This document shows positions 39,116-48,831 of a stretch of DNA of 64,000 nt, piece after piece (the stretch's first letter is position 1; each line of letters begins with the position of its first letter). The stretch covers positions 1-64,000 of IMG/VR virus record IMGVR_UViG_3300030376_004046; one strand, 5' to 3'. The DNA comes from an uncultured virus (IMG/VR IMGVR_UViG_3300030376_004046) (taxonomy: Duplodnaviria; Heunggongvirae; Uroviricota; Caudoviricetes). The position numbers and the translations under genes are program-made. A model generated the notes under the pieces. That model was not told the DNA's origin. It did no database searches and saw only the letters and a program-made list of their open reading frames with translations.

Positions 39116-42100
39116 ATGAATAACACGGAAGAAATCGAAATAAAAGACGTTATAAACATTAATAATGTTACTACTGGTGATATTATTAAAATGAACAGAG
39201 AACAGGTTAAACTTGTTCAAAAGCAGCTAGTAGATCTCGGTGCTGATCTTGGTAAAACTGGTCCTAATAAAGACGGTGCCGACGGGGATTGGGGACGTAT
39301 ATCTAGAGCTGCTTTTAGTTTTTATAAACAAGGTAACGATTTAAAAGATTTTGTACCACCTCCACCAATAAAAAAAGTTGACACAAGTAAAAATCCTTAT
39401 CAAAAATCTAACGCTTTAAAAGACGTGTTAAAAGAATTTGTAATAACTGCACTAAACTCTTCACCATCTAGGTATAAAGAAGGTGTTGATTCTGATAATA
39501 TTGATGTTGAAGATTTTGACTTCTGGAGTATTGTAGGTAAAAAGTTTCCAGATTTACAAGGTTATGATCCAAAACTGTTAAACGCGTATGCTAGTACAAT
39601 AGATAAAAGATCTTTTGATACAAATCCTAATCAAATCCCTAAAATAGCAGATATTAATTGGGAAGAAATAAACGAAATGTATACCGATGATTTTAATTTT
39701 TTAGCCCCTTCTCATGAATTAGCAAATCAAAACGGTAGGGGTACTGATGGTATTGTACAGCCTGTTGGATGGTGGGAAGATAAATACGCAAAAGAAAATG
39801 ATCAATACGGCGATGGTCTTGATGATAATTTTTGGTATCAAGGTGGAGGTCCAGATATGATGTTAGGACCGTATACGAAGTCAAGCGACGAAGGTAACAC
39901 TTGGACTCCCATGACCATAGAAGAGATTGATTTATATGAGAAAAAAAGAAAAAGAAATCAAATTAATAGGTGGAGAAATCAATCTAATTTAGATAGTGAA
40001 CAAGCAATAAAGTATTCTACTCCATTAGAAAACGCTTATAGATTTTCTCCATCAGAAAAACAAGAAAATGCTGTTGTTGCTAAAAACAAAAGTGCTATTG
40101 ATGATATTCTTTCAAAAATTAGAAAGTATAATGCTTTAGTAGCAAAGCAAGGTGATTATTATAATCCTAGTGCACTTTCTCTTACCAATGAAAATCAGGG
40201 AAGTTATATTGTAAAAGATCAAAATGGAAAAATTGTACATAATTTAGCTTGGGGTGTAGGGTCAAATCCTTGTAAATATAGTGGTGGTAAAGTTGTAAAA
40301 AGCAGTTACTTAGGCTGGGACTGTAATAAATTAAGAGCACTTGTTAGCGATCCTAAATTTATAAATGAAAGAAAGTTACAGCTGTCTATAAAGGGTACTT
40401 GGACATATTTTAAATATTTAAAAGCTAGGAACAAACTGCAAAAGTTAGATAAAGAAAGAGGATTGATAACTGACAACGTAGGCCCATATAGATTTATAAC
40501 AGGTACTCTTGATCCAAATTTTGAAGGAGTTCCTTTGTATAAAGTTTTTGATAATACTCCATCTGAAGGCGCTGGAGATGAATTTGTTCAAAGTGGTGAT
40601 TATTATTTAAACCAATCAAACGGACAAAAGTATCAATATATTGATGGGAAGCACGTGGTTCAAGAAGAGTTTCCTTTTCAATGGACTACCGAAAGAAATA
40701 TTAGAAGAGAGATGAACCAAATGTTTATTGACGATGCTGCAGCTGAAATAACACAAAACAATGTAGAAAATTATGTTGACAACAATCAATCATGGTGGCA
40801 ACTTACAACGCCAGCCACTCAGAAAAAACTAACAAAAGACACAGAAGCCGCGTTAAAAACTTTAGGCAAAGATGCTAAAAAAAATGTTACACTTTTAAAA
40901 ACAACAATAGGTCTTATTGAAGATGGGCAAGTTGAAATAAGTAAGTTGTTAAAATCATATAGAACAAAAGCCGAAGAAAAAGCAAATTATTTTACAGCTA
41001 AATCAGAAGAGATTGATTTAAAGTTTGAGCGAATAGGTAAACCAGTAACATATGGTCCTTTTAAATGGGGTGAATATCAATACAACGCATATAATAGCAT
41101 TGTAAAAGAAGCTAATGATTTAAAAGCTGAATACAACACTGCACAAAAAGAATTAGAAAACGAACGCATACAAATAAAAACCCTACAAGATCAACAAAAA
41201 AGTAATGTAGTTGCATATAACAAGTACTTACTAACAGCAGAAAGTCTTGTTAAAGATGAAGAAGAACTTATTGAGTTTCACAATCATATATCAAGAAATG
41301 GACATCCTATAACTTTTGCTGCTGCTAAACTTTTAGCTAGTGCAACATCTATTGCTAGTGGTCTTGAAGGCTTAATAGCTGAGATACCTATGAATATAGA
41401 GAAAATAGTACCAGGTCATTGGACAGATGAATACCCTACTATTAACGCTATTACGTCAACGCTTGAAGGTTGGGGAGATTCTTTTGAGGAATGGAGGGGA
41501 GGTATACCTATTGTTGAAAATGGTAAATTTACCGGTCAATATACCAGCGGTTATAAGGCGGAATTAAAAAACTTTGTTGCAGAATTACATAATGGTGTTA
41601 CAGTAATGCCAGAGTGGGGAAATCTTAAATCTGCTGAAGATTACGGTATGTATATATTTGGATCTGTATCTCAGTTCTTGCCACAACTTGTAGTACTATA
41701 TGCTAGTGGTGGTACCGCTGGGTTATCAATTCTTGCTGGCTCTGCAGCAGGTAGTAGTTTGGATGAATCTAGATTTTCAAATCAACTTGGTACCACTGAT
41801 TATAGTTTGGCACAAAGATGGATGCACGCTGGTCTTATATTTGGCGCTGAGTACACTACTGAAAAATTTACACTTGGTATACTAAAAAGAACACCAAATC
41901 CTTTAAAAAAACGTATACACACTGGTTTTGTTGATACTTTTAAGAAAACTTTTCAGCCAAAAAGCTTAGGTCTTGGCGCTTATTATATGACTGGAGAGTC
42001 GTTGTCAGAAGGAGCTGCAACGGTGTTTGGGCAAAACTTAGGCGATAAATTTATTTATGGCATGAACGAGGTGAGCATATGGAGAGACGCTCCTGAATCT

Positions 42101-45100
42101 ATGGCTCAAGGTCTTATTATGGAGCGTACTGTTACTATGCCTGGTATTATAGCTAATAATTTTATAAGACCTTTTGTAGGTAAAACCTACGATATGCAGA
42201 TAGATTTATATAGCAATAGATTAAAAAATATTTCAGATAAATTAAAAAATCCAGCCTTAACTTCAGATAAAAAGATGAGATTGCTCAGCGAGTATATGGA
42301 TATTACTTTAGAACGAAGCGCTTATTCCCAAGAAAACTTCGAGAATGTTGATATGATGAACGAAAAAGAAGTTGAAGAGTTAATAGAAATAGACGTAAAA
42401 CTTCACGAGCAAAGAAAAAAAGAAGATGATATAAGAGAGGACAACGACTTAAATAGAGAAGAAAAAATAGACGGAATAAAAGAAAGTCGTATAGAAGAAA
42501 ATAAACTAAAAGATAGAAGAAATCAAATTGTAGAGCCATATGAAAATGTTGAAACTAGAGAAAAAAAGGTTAAGCAATATAAAGAGAATAAAAAGTGGCT
42601 TATAGATAAAATTAAAAAATACAACGATCGTAGAGATAAAAAATACGGTGTTGGTAAAGGCACTAGACTTGTTTTTGAAGAGCTTGAAACAACTCAAGAT
42701 GTTAAAGATTTTTTTGAAAATTTGTTCATGCAAGATGCTGCTCTCATTAGAGAAGAAATATCAATGTTTGAAGAGTTGTTAAAAAGTCCCAAAACACCTA
42801 GAGTTCAAAAAACTAAAATACGTCAAGAGTTAGAAATACTTAGAAGAGAGCAGCGTGATAACTTTAAGAGAATGAAAAAAGGGCCTGACTCTCACGGTTT
42901 TATACATAGAGATAGAGACGGAAATAGTACTATATATGTAAATAAAAAAGTTTCTTTATTAGATAAAAATGGAAATGTATTTGTAGCTGCTCATGAGTTT
43001 TTACACTTTGCTTTGCAAAACACAATAAAAGGTGATGACTCTATTAGAACTAAATTAGGCGATGCATTGCTTGAATACACTAACACGTTGAAAACTGATA
43101 GTACTTATAAGCTTAGAAAAAAACTAAGTAGATATGGTACTTTTGATACAGATGGAAACTTTAAAAAAGATTCAAACTTTGGCGAAGAAGTTATTACGTT
43201 AATGTCTGAATCTATATTAGATGGTACATTAGAATACAACGAAGGGTTTTTTACTAAAATAGGTGATTTTGTAAGACAAACATTACAAAAATATGGAATA
43301 ATAGGTATTAAATTCAATACTGGTAAAGACGTATATAATTTCATAAAAGATTATAATGCTTCTATGAAAAAAGGTTATGAAAGCAGCGCTATTAACCAGG
43401 CAATAGATAATGGAGCTAAAGGAATATTAGTTGAAGGAGCGCAGGACAAGGGTAATGATTATTTTCAAATGTCTAAAGGATCTAAAAAAGAGGTTGACGA
43501 TTTAGCCAACATGGGTTGGGATAATAAATCTTGGAAAGAACAAGGTTATAAATTTGCCATTGGTGAGTTGCAAGAAAATAGATTACTTGATGGTTTAATT
43601 AGAGCACAATACAAAGCAGATATTGTACCACCTGATTTTGTTAGCGATGTATATGCACAGTTAACTAGACATGTAAGAAACTTTAATCCTGAAATGAATG
43701 ATAGTTTGTTTGGTTGGATAAACAGTCAGCTACATAATAAAGCGGCTGAGGTTTATAATAAAATTTATAAACAAACAGCAGAAGGAAAATTTGCAAAACC
43801 TATAGAAGATAAAACTAAAGAAGGTGAAACAAAAGTTCAAGTGGCTGCTGAAAAAGATGTTGATATGGAAGCTTTTGAAACAGAAGATATATCACCAGCA
43901 GCTCAAGCTAGAAAAAAAGCTAAGTCTAAAGCTAAAAAAGAATCTGAGTTTAGAAGAGTAATTAGTTTTGAAACTAATAGCGATATATACAATGAAATAT
44001 TAGAATCTGCTAAAAAAAGTTTAATAAGAGCATATGCTAAGACTAGAAATATTAAAGATGTTGCCGCAAGAGAAAGAGCCGTACTAGAAGAGTTACAAAA
44101 AGAACATAACAGCCTTAACAGTCCTTTGTTTAAACAAATTAAAAACTGGTTATCATATGGTATACCAAAAGAAGTTGTTCCCAAAGGCACTAAAGATATA
44201 TATCTTGAAAACTTAAAACAGTTTAGAGAAGATATAGTGAAACTTATATCAACAGCTGATTTTGTACAAATAGAAAGACTTGTTGCTGAACAAGATAAAA
44301 TTTTTACTAGATTTAAAGGACAACTTACTAGAAAAGGAGACGTTGAAAAAGCTGTAAACGAAGGTAGATTACCGCCAGATTCTTTAAGAAAATATGATAA
44401 AGACAAAAAAGTTCCTGAATACGACAAGGTAATACCTGATCAAACTCAAATTATAGAATATGCTGATCAGCCTGGATCTATACCTTCTAAAAAAGATCCT
44501 ACTAAAATGGTTAGAAGTGGATTAAAAGGTACTAGAAAAGATGGTCTTACAAAAAACATTGTAAACGGATTAGTACTAGACGCTTTAATGGAAGCTAGAC
44601 AAAGTAAAGAAGTTCAAGATATGTTAGCTGAAATGGATGTAGATGCTACAAGCGTACAACAGTTAAGCGTAACTATAGGTAGACCAGCAGATGTTATGTT
44701 TTCAAGTGCTTATGACTCTTCTAAAATAATTGATTTATTTGAAATAAATAGAAAGTACAAGTCTAAGTTAATGGGTCAAAACCAAATAAATAAGTCTATA
44801 GATTTTCTTAAATATTTAATAAACTCTACAGAACCAGCTGGTAATTACGGTTCTGTTGTACGAATAGCAGAAGTATTAAAAAGTGAAATAGAAAGAGGTG
44901 GTACTTTTTCTAATATAGTTGATCGTACTTGGAATCAAATACAATTAGAAGGTATTGCTAATTATCAAATTGAAAGCACGTTATATGATGGTGCTTTAAC
45001 GCCAAAACATTTAGATAATTTACTAGGTAAAGCTAAAAGATTTTCAGATGCACAAATAAGAAATATAGCTTTTCCTAAGATTGTTGAAGATTTACAGCAG

Positions 45101-48100
45101 GATTATGAAAACGCTGATAAAGATGCTAAAGACCAAGTTATTATTGATTGGTTAAAAAACAATAGTAAGTCATCTAGAACAGCAAAGGTAGTTTATAATG
45201 GTGTAACTATAACTGCTAACGAGCAGATATATGAATTAATAATAAAACAATTTAATAACAAAAAGTTTAGTGTAGATTTTGTAAACAAAGAAAAAACAAA
45301 AAAAGCTATATTTTATCTTGGTAATCAATTAACAACTTATAAAAAAATAATTGAAATAAAAATAGATCCAAGTGGTTCTGTTGAAATCATGATAGAAGAA
45401 GCTGGTAAAACTAGAGATTATATTATTAAAGTTATTAAATCTGATAAGTCTATAGAAGATAAAAAAGCTATAATTAATTTATTATCAGTAGATCAGGTTG
45501 GACCTATTAGAAAATTATCTAAACCAGCTGGTCATATAATAAACTATGAAGGTAAAACAACATTAGAACATAGACCACCAATAAATGAAATTAAACAAGA
45601 AATAAATAGAACTATTGAAAATCCTTCAAAAGAAAATATAGAAGCTTTAGAAAAGATGTTAGATAATTCTTATGTTATTTTATTACCTACAACGCTTAGC
45701 AAAATAATAGATAAAACAAATAAAACAAAAGGTGATTTACAAACTGTAATGAATCTACCCCAAGTTCAAAAAGAAATACAAGAAAAAGGATATGAATTTG
45801 ATAATCGTACTGATATTCAGTTTAGTAAAGTAGAAGATAGTGCTAAAATTATAGATGAAGCAATTTTAGTTTCTCGTTTAAACAACCCTGCGCGTGGTAT
45901 AACTGTTTTAGATTTTGATGATACTTTAGCTACTACAAAGTCAATGATTAGATATACTAGACCAGACGGCACTAAAGGTAAACTAAATGCTGAGCAATAT
46001 GCTGCTACATATGAAAATTTATTAGGACAAGGTTATAAGTTTGATTTTACAGAGTTTACAAAAGTAGTAAAAGGTAAAACAGCACCTTTGTTTAAAAAAG
46101 CTTTAAAATTACAAGGAAAGTTTGGTCCAGAAAATATGTTTGTTTTAACAGCTAGACCAGCGGAGTCTGCAAAAGCAATACATGACTTTTTAAAAGCTAA
46201 TGGCTTAAATATACCTTTAAAAAATATAACTGGTTTAGCAAACTCTACAGCTGATGCTAAGGCACTTTGGGTAGCTGGTAAGGTTGCAGAAGGTTATAAT
46301 GACTTTTATTTTGCTGATGATGCTTTACAAAATGTTCAAGCTGTTAAAAACATGTTGAATCAGTTTGATGTTAAATCTAAAGTTCAACAAGCTAAAATAC
46401 AGTTTAGTAAAGCAGGTAACTTAAACAGAGAGTTTAACAAGATAATTCAACAAACAACTGGTACTCAGGCTGTTATAAAATTTTCTGATGCGCAAGCTAA
46501 ATTAAGAGGTAACAAATCAAAATACAAATCAATAATACCAGCATCAGCACAAGATTTTGTTGGTTTATTATATAACTTTTTAGATAAAGGAAAGAGAGGG
46601 GAAAAACAAATGGAGTTTTTTAAGAAAACTTTAATTGATCCTTTTTCACGAGGTATAGATGAATTAAATGCTTCTAGACAAATAGCTTCAGAAAACTACA
46701 AACAATTATTAAAAATTTATAAAAATATTAAAAAAGACTTACCAAAAAAACTTAAGGAGTTTGATGGTTATGAAAATGTAGAGTTTACTGTTGATCAAGC
46801 TATTAGGGTTTATCTTTGGAAAAAAGCAGGTTTTGAAATACCTGGTTTATCAAAAAAAGATGCTGCGTTATTAAATAATTTTGTAAAAAATGATGCGGAG
46901 TTAAAGCAGTTTGCAGATAAAGTTGGTAGAATATCTAAAAGAAAAGAAGGTTATGCTAAGCCAAGTGAACACTGGTTGGTTGAAAACATAAATTCTGACT
47001 TGTTAAGTGATGGTGCTATTGGAGATGTAAGATCTAAATTTTTAAACGAATTTATACAAAATAAAAACGAAATATTTTCTAAAGAAAATTTAAATAAAAT
47101 ACAAGTTATATACGGTAAAAACTTTAGAGAAGCTTTAGAAGACATGTTATTTACCATGGAGACTGGTAGAAACAGAAAGCAAGGTACTAATAGGCTTGTA
47201 AACATGTATATGAATTGGGTTAATAATGCTGTTGGTGCTATTATGTTCTTTAACATGAGATCCGCGTTACTACAAACTATATCTTTAACTAACTATATAA
47301 ATTGGAGCGACAATAGTATACTTGCAGCAGCAAAAGCATTTGCTAATCAAAAACAATATTGGGCAGACTTTGTAATGATATTTAATTCTGATTATTTAAA
47401 ACAAAGAAGAGCTGGTAACAGAAGAGGTATTAATGAAGCAGAACTTTCAGCAGCTGTTGCAGCTAGTCAAAATAAAGCTAAAGCAGCTATAGCTTGGTTA
47501 TTACAAAAAGGGTTTTTACCAACACAAATTGCAGATAGTTTTGCTATTGCTAGTGGTGGAGCTGCTTTTTATAGAAATAGAGTTAAGTCTTTAATGAAAG
47601 AAGGCATGACTAAAGAAGAAGCTGAAAAACAAGCATTTTTAGATTTTCAAGAAATAACAGAGGTGTCACAGCAGTCATCTAGACCGGACATGCTATCTCA
47701 ACAACAAAAAAGTCCACTAGGTAGATTAGTATTAGCGTTTGCTAACTATCCAATGCAAGCTGGTAGAATTATGAATAAGGCCATTAGAGATATAGTAAAC
47801 AAAAGAGGTGATACCAAAACTCACATTTCAAAAATAATTTATTATGGCGCTATCATGAATATTATATTCCACGCTTTACAGTCAGCTATGCTTGCTATGA
47901 CTGATGATGAAGAAGAGTTTGATAAAAGAACAGATAGAGCTTTAAACAGTATGATAGATACTTGGTTAGTAACTATAGGTTTTGGAGGTAGAGCTGTTAG
48001 TGCTGTAAAAAATGCGGCAATAGAATATCAAAAACAAGATGCTAAAGATACTGATGAAGAGTTTTTAACAAAATCAGACCATACATATACAATACTACAG

Positions 48101-48793
48101 CTTTTAAGTTTTTCCCCGCCTATAAGTTCTAAAGTAGGAAAGATATATAGATCTATACAGTCAAGAAAATATAATAGAGAAGTGTTTAAAAAACGAGGTT
48201 TAACATTAGATAATCCTATTTGGAGCGCTGTGGGTAACGTAATAGAAGGTTTTACAAATATACCGCTTGGTAGATTAGCAAATAAAATGTTAAACATAGA
48301 TAATGCTATGGATTCAAGCAATACTTACTGGCAAAGAGCTGCTTTACTTTTAGGTTGGAATACTTGGGATTTAGGTATTAAAGATCAAGATATAGAAGCT
48401 ACAAAAGCTGAAATAAAGCAACAAAAAACAAATCAAAAAAAGATAAAAAAACAGCAAGAAAAAGATTTAAATAAAATAAATAACAAAAAAAAGAAAGAAG
48501 AAGCTAAGCAATACAAAGAAAAGGTAAAAAAAGATCCAAACTTGATAGTTGAAAAATCTTTATTTGATTTAAATAAAGAACAACAAGTAGAACTTTTGAA
48601 AAAATTAGGTTTAAAAGATGATGAAATAAAAAAATTAAATTATGAATCTAATAGAGTAGAAAAAATATCTGATTTAAAAAGCAAAAAAGAAAACAAAAAA
48701 ATAATAGAAGAATACTTAAATGAATATATAATAAAAACAATGGAGGAGCAGTCAAAAAGAAAAACCTCAGTAAGAAAATCTTCTAAGAGATAA
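39116..48793 (+). CDS. Giant (3225 aa) polyvalent ejection protein: PG-binding, zincin HEXXH, sigma-region-2-like, HAD and C-terminal helical domains
   Basis: VKLVQKQL..LG...DGDWG; HEFLH...EE; DFVSDVY...FNPEMNDSLFGWI; LDFDDTL...LTARP...FADD. Confidence 0.75.
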   Translation: MNNTEEIEIKDVININNVTTGDIIKMNREQVKLVQKQLVDLGADLGKTGPNKDGADGDWGRISRAAFSFYKQGNDLKDFVPPPPIKKVDTSKNPYQKSNALKDVLKEFVITALNSSPSRYKEGVDSDNIDVEDFDFWSIVGKKFPDLQGYDPKLLNAYASTIDKRSFDTNPNQIPKIADINWEEINEMYTDDFNFLAPSHELANQNGRGTDGIVQPVGWWEDKYAKENDQYGDGLDDNFWYQGGGPDMMLGPYTKSSDEGNTWTPMTIEEIDLYEKKRKRNQINRWRNQSNLDSEQAIKYSTPLENAYRFSPSEKQENAVVAKNKSAIDDILSKIRKYNALVAKQGDYYNPSALSLTNENQGSYIVKDQNGKIVHNLAWGVGSNPCKYSGGKVVKSSYLGWDCNKLRALVSDPKFINERKLQLSIKGTWTYFKYLKARNKLQKLDKERGLITDNVGPYRFITGTLDPNFEGVPLYKVFDNTPSEGAGDEFVQSGDYYLNQSNGQKYQYIDGKHVVQEEFPFQWTTERNIRREMNQMFIDDAAAEITQNNVENYVDNNQSWWQLTTPATQKKLTKDTEAALKTLGKDAKKNVTLLKTTIGLIEDGQVEISKLLKSYRTKAEEKANYFTAKSEEIDLKFERIGKPVTYGPFKWGEYQYNAYNSIVKEANDLKAEYNTAQKELENERIQIKTLQDQQKSNVVAYNKYLLTAESLVKDEEELIEFHNHISRNGHPITFAAAKLLASATSIASGLEGLIAEIPMNIEKIVPGHWTDEYPTINAITSTLEGWGDSFEEWRGGIPIVENGKFTGQYTSGYKAELKNFVAELHNGVTVMPEWGNLKSAEDYGMYIFGSVSQFLPQLVVLYASGGTAGLSILAGSAAGSSLDESRFSNQLGTTDYSLAQRWMHAGLIFGAEYTTEKFTLGILKRTPNPLKKRIHTGFVDTFKKTFQPKSLGLGAYYMTGESLSEGAATVFGQNLGDKFIYGMNEVSIWRDAPESMAQGLIMERTVTMPGIIANNFIRPFVGKTYDMQIDLYSNRLKNISDKLKNPALTSDKKMRLLSEYMDITLERSAYSQENFENVDMMNEKEVEELIEIDVKLHEQRKKEDDIREDNDLNREEKIDGIKESRIEENKLKDRRNQIVEPYENVETREKKVKQYKENKKWLIDKIKKYNDRRDKKYGVGKGTRLVFEELETTQDVKDFFENLFMQDAALIREEISMFEELLKSPKTPRVQKTKIRQELEILRREQRDNFKRMKKGPDSHGFIHRDRDGNSTIYVNKKVSLLDKNGNVFVAAHEFLHFALQNTIKGDDSIRTKLGDALLEYTNTLKTDSTYKLRKKLSRYGTFDTDGNFKKDSNFGEEVITLMSESILDGTLEYNEGFFTKIGDFVRQTLQKYGIIGIKFNTGKDVYNFIKDYNASMKKGYESSAINQAIDNGAKGILVEGAQDKGNDYFQMSKGSKKEVDDLANMGWDNKSWKEQGYKFAIGELQENRLLDGLIRAQYKADIVPPDFVSDVYAQLTRHVRNFNPEMNDSLFGWINSQLHNKAAEVYNKIYKQTAEGKFAKPIEDKTKEGETKVQVAAEKDVDMEAFETEDISPAAQARKKAKSKAKKESEFRRVISFETNSDIYNEILESAKKSLIRAYAKTRNIKDVAARERAVLEELQKEHNSLNSPLFKQIKNWLSYGIPKEVVPKGTKDIYLENLKQFREDIVKLISTADFVQIERLVAEQDKIFTRFKGQLTRKGDVEKAVNEGRLPPDSLRKYDKDKKVPEYDKVIPDQTQIIEYADQPGSIPSKKDPTKMVRSGLKGTRKDGLTKNIVNGLVLDALMEARQSKEVQDMLAEMDVDATSVQQLSVTIGRPADVMFSSAYDSSKIIDLFEINRKYKSKLMGQNQINKSIDFLKYLINSTEPAGNYGSVVRIAEVLKSEIERGGTFSNIVDRTWNQIQLEGIANYQIESTLYDGALTPKHLDNLLGKAKRFSDAQIRNIAFPKIVEDLQQDYENADKDAKDQVIIDWLKNNSKSSRTAKVVYNGVTITANEQIYELIIKQFNNKKFSVDFVNKEKTKKAIFYLGNQLTTYKKIIEIKIDPSGSVEIMIEEAGKTRDYIIKVIKSDKSIEDKKAIINLLSVDQVGPIRKLSKPAGHIINYEGKTTLEHRPPINEIKQEINRTIENPSKENIEALEKMLDNSYVILLPTTLSKIIDKTNKTKGDLQTVMNLPQVQKEIQEKGYEFDNRTDIQFSKVEDSAKIIDEAILVSRLNNPARGITVLDFDDTLATTKSMIRYTRPDGTKGKLNAEQYAATYENLLGQGYKFDFTEFTKVVKGKTAPLFKKALKLQGKFGPENMFVLTARPAESAKAIHDFLKANGLNIPLKNITGLANSTADAKALWVAGKVAEGYNDFYFADDALQNVQAVKNMLNQFDVKSKVQQAKIQFSKAGNLNREFNKIIQQTTGTQAVIKFSDAQAKLRGNKSKYKSIIPASAQDFVGLLYNFLDKGKRGEKQMEFFKKTLIDPFSRGIDELNASRQIASENYKQLLKIYKNIKKDLPKKLKEFDGYENVEFTVDQAIRVYLWKKAGFEIPGLSKKDAALLNNFVKNDAELKQFADKVGRISKRKEGYAKPSEHWLVENINSDLLSDGAIGDVRSKFLNEFIQNKNEIFSKENLNKIQVIYGKNFREALEDMLFTMETGRNRKQGTNRLVNMYMNWVNNAVGAIMFFNMRSALLQTISLTNYINWSDNSILAAAKAFANQKQYWADFVMIFNSDYLKQRRAGNRRGINEAELSAAVAASQNKAKAAIAWLLQKGFLPTQIADSFAIASGGAAFYRNRVKSLMKEGMTKEEAEKQAFLDFQEITEVSQQSSRPDMLSQQQKSPLGRLVLAFANYPMQAGRIMNKAIRDIVNKRGDTKTHISKIIYYGAIMNIIFHALQSAMLAMTDDEEEFDKRTDRALNSMIDTWLVTIGFGGRAVSAVKNAAIEYQKQDAKDTDEEFLTKSDHTYTILQLLSFSPPISSKVGKIYRSIQSRKYNREVFKKRGLTLDNPIWSAVGNVIEGFTNIPLGRLANKMLNIDNAMDSSNTYWQRAALLLGWNTWDLGIKDQDIEATKAEIKQQKTNQKKIKKQQEKDLNKINNKKKKEEAKQYKEKVKKDPNLIVEKSLFDLNKEQQVELLKKLGLKDDEIKKLNYESNRVEKISDLKSKKENKKIIEEYLNEYIIKTMEEQSKRKTSVRKSSKR

Positions 48794-48797
48794 TAAA

Positions 48798-48826
48798 GTA
48801 AAGATTTAAAAAAATAAGTGATTATA
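48798..48826 (+). promoter_or_regulatory. Class II phage promoter GTAAA-N15-GTGATTATA
   Basis: Matches the motif; ends 5 nt before ATG 48832. Confidence 0.65.
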
Positions 48827-48831
48827 TAAAA

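Noticed and set aside
39116..48793. Giant protein as a virion RNA polymerase (N4 or crAss type)
   Set aside because: I found no DxDGD/DFDID catalytic motif. DFDDT is in a HAD context and DGADGDWG is in the peptidoglycan-binding motif. A very divergent polymerase cannot be fully excluded without a profile search.
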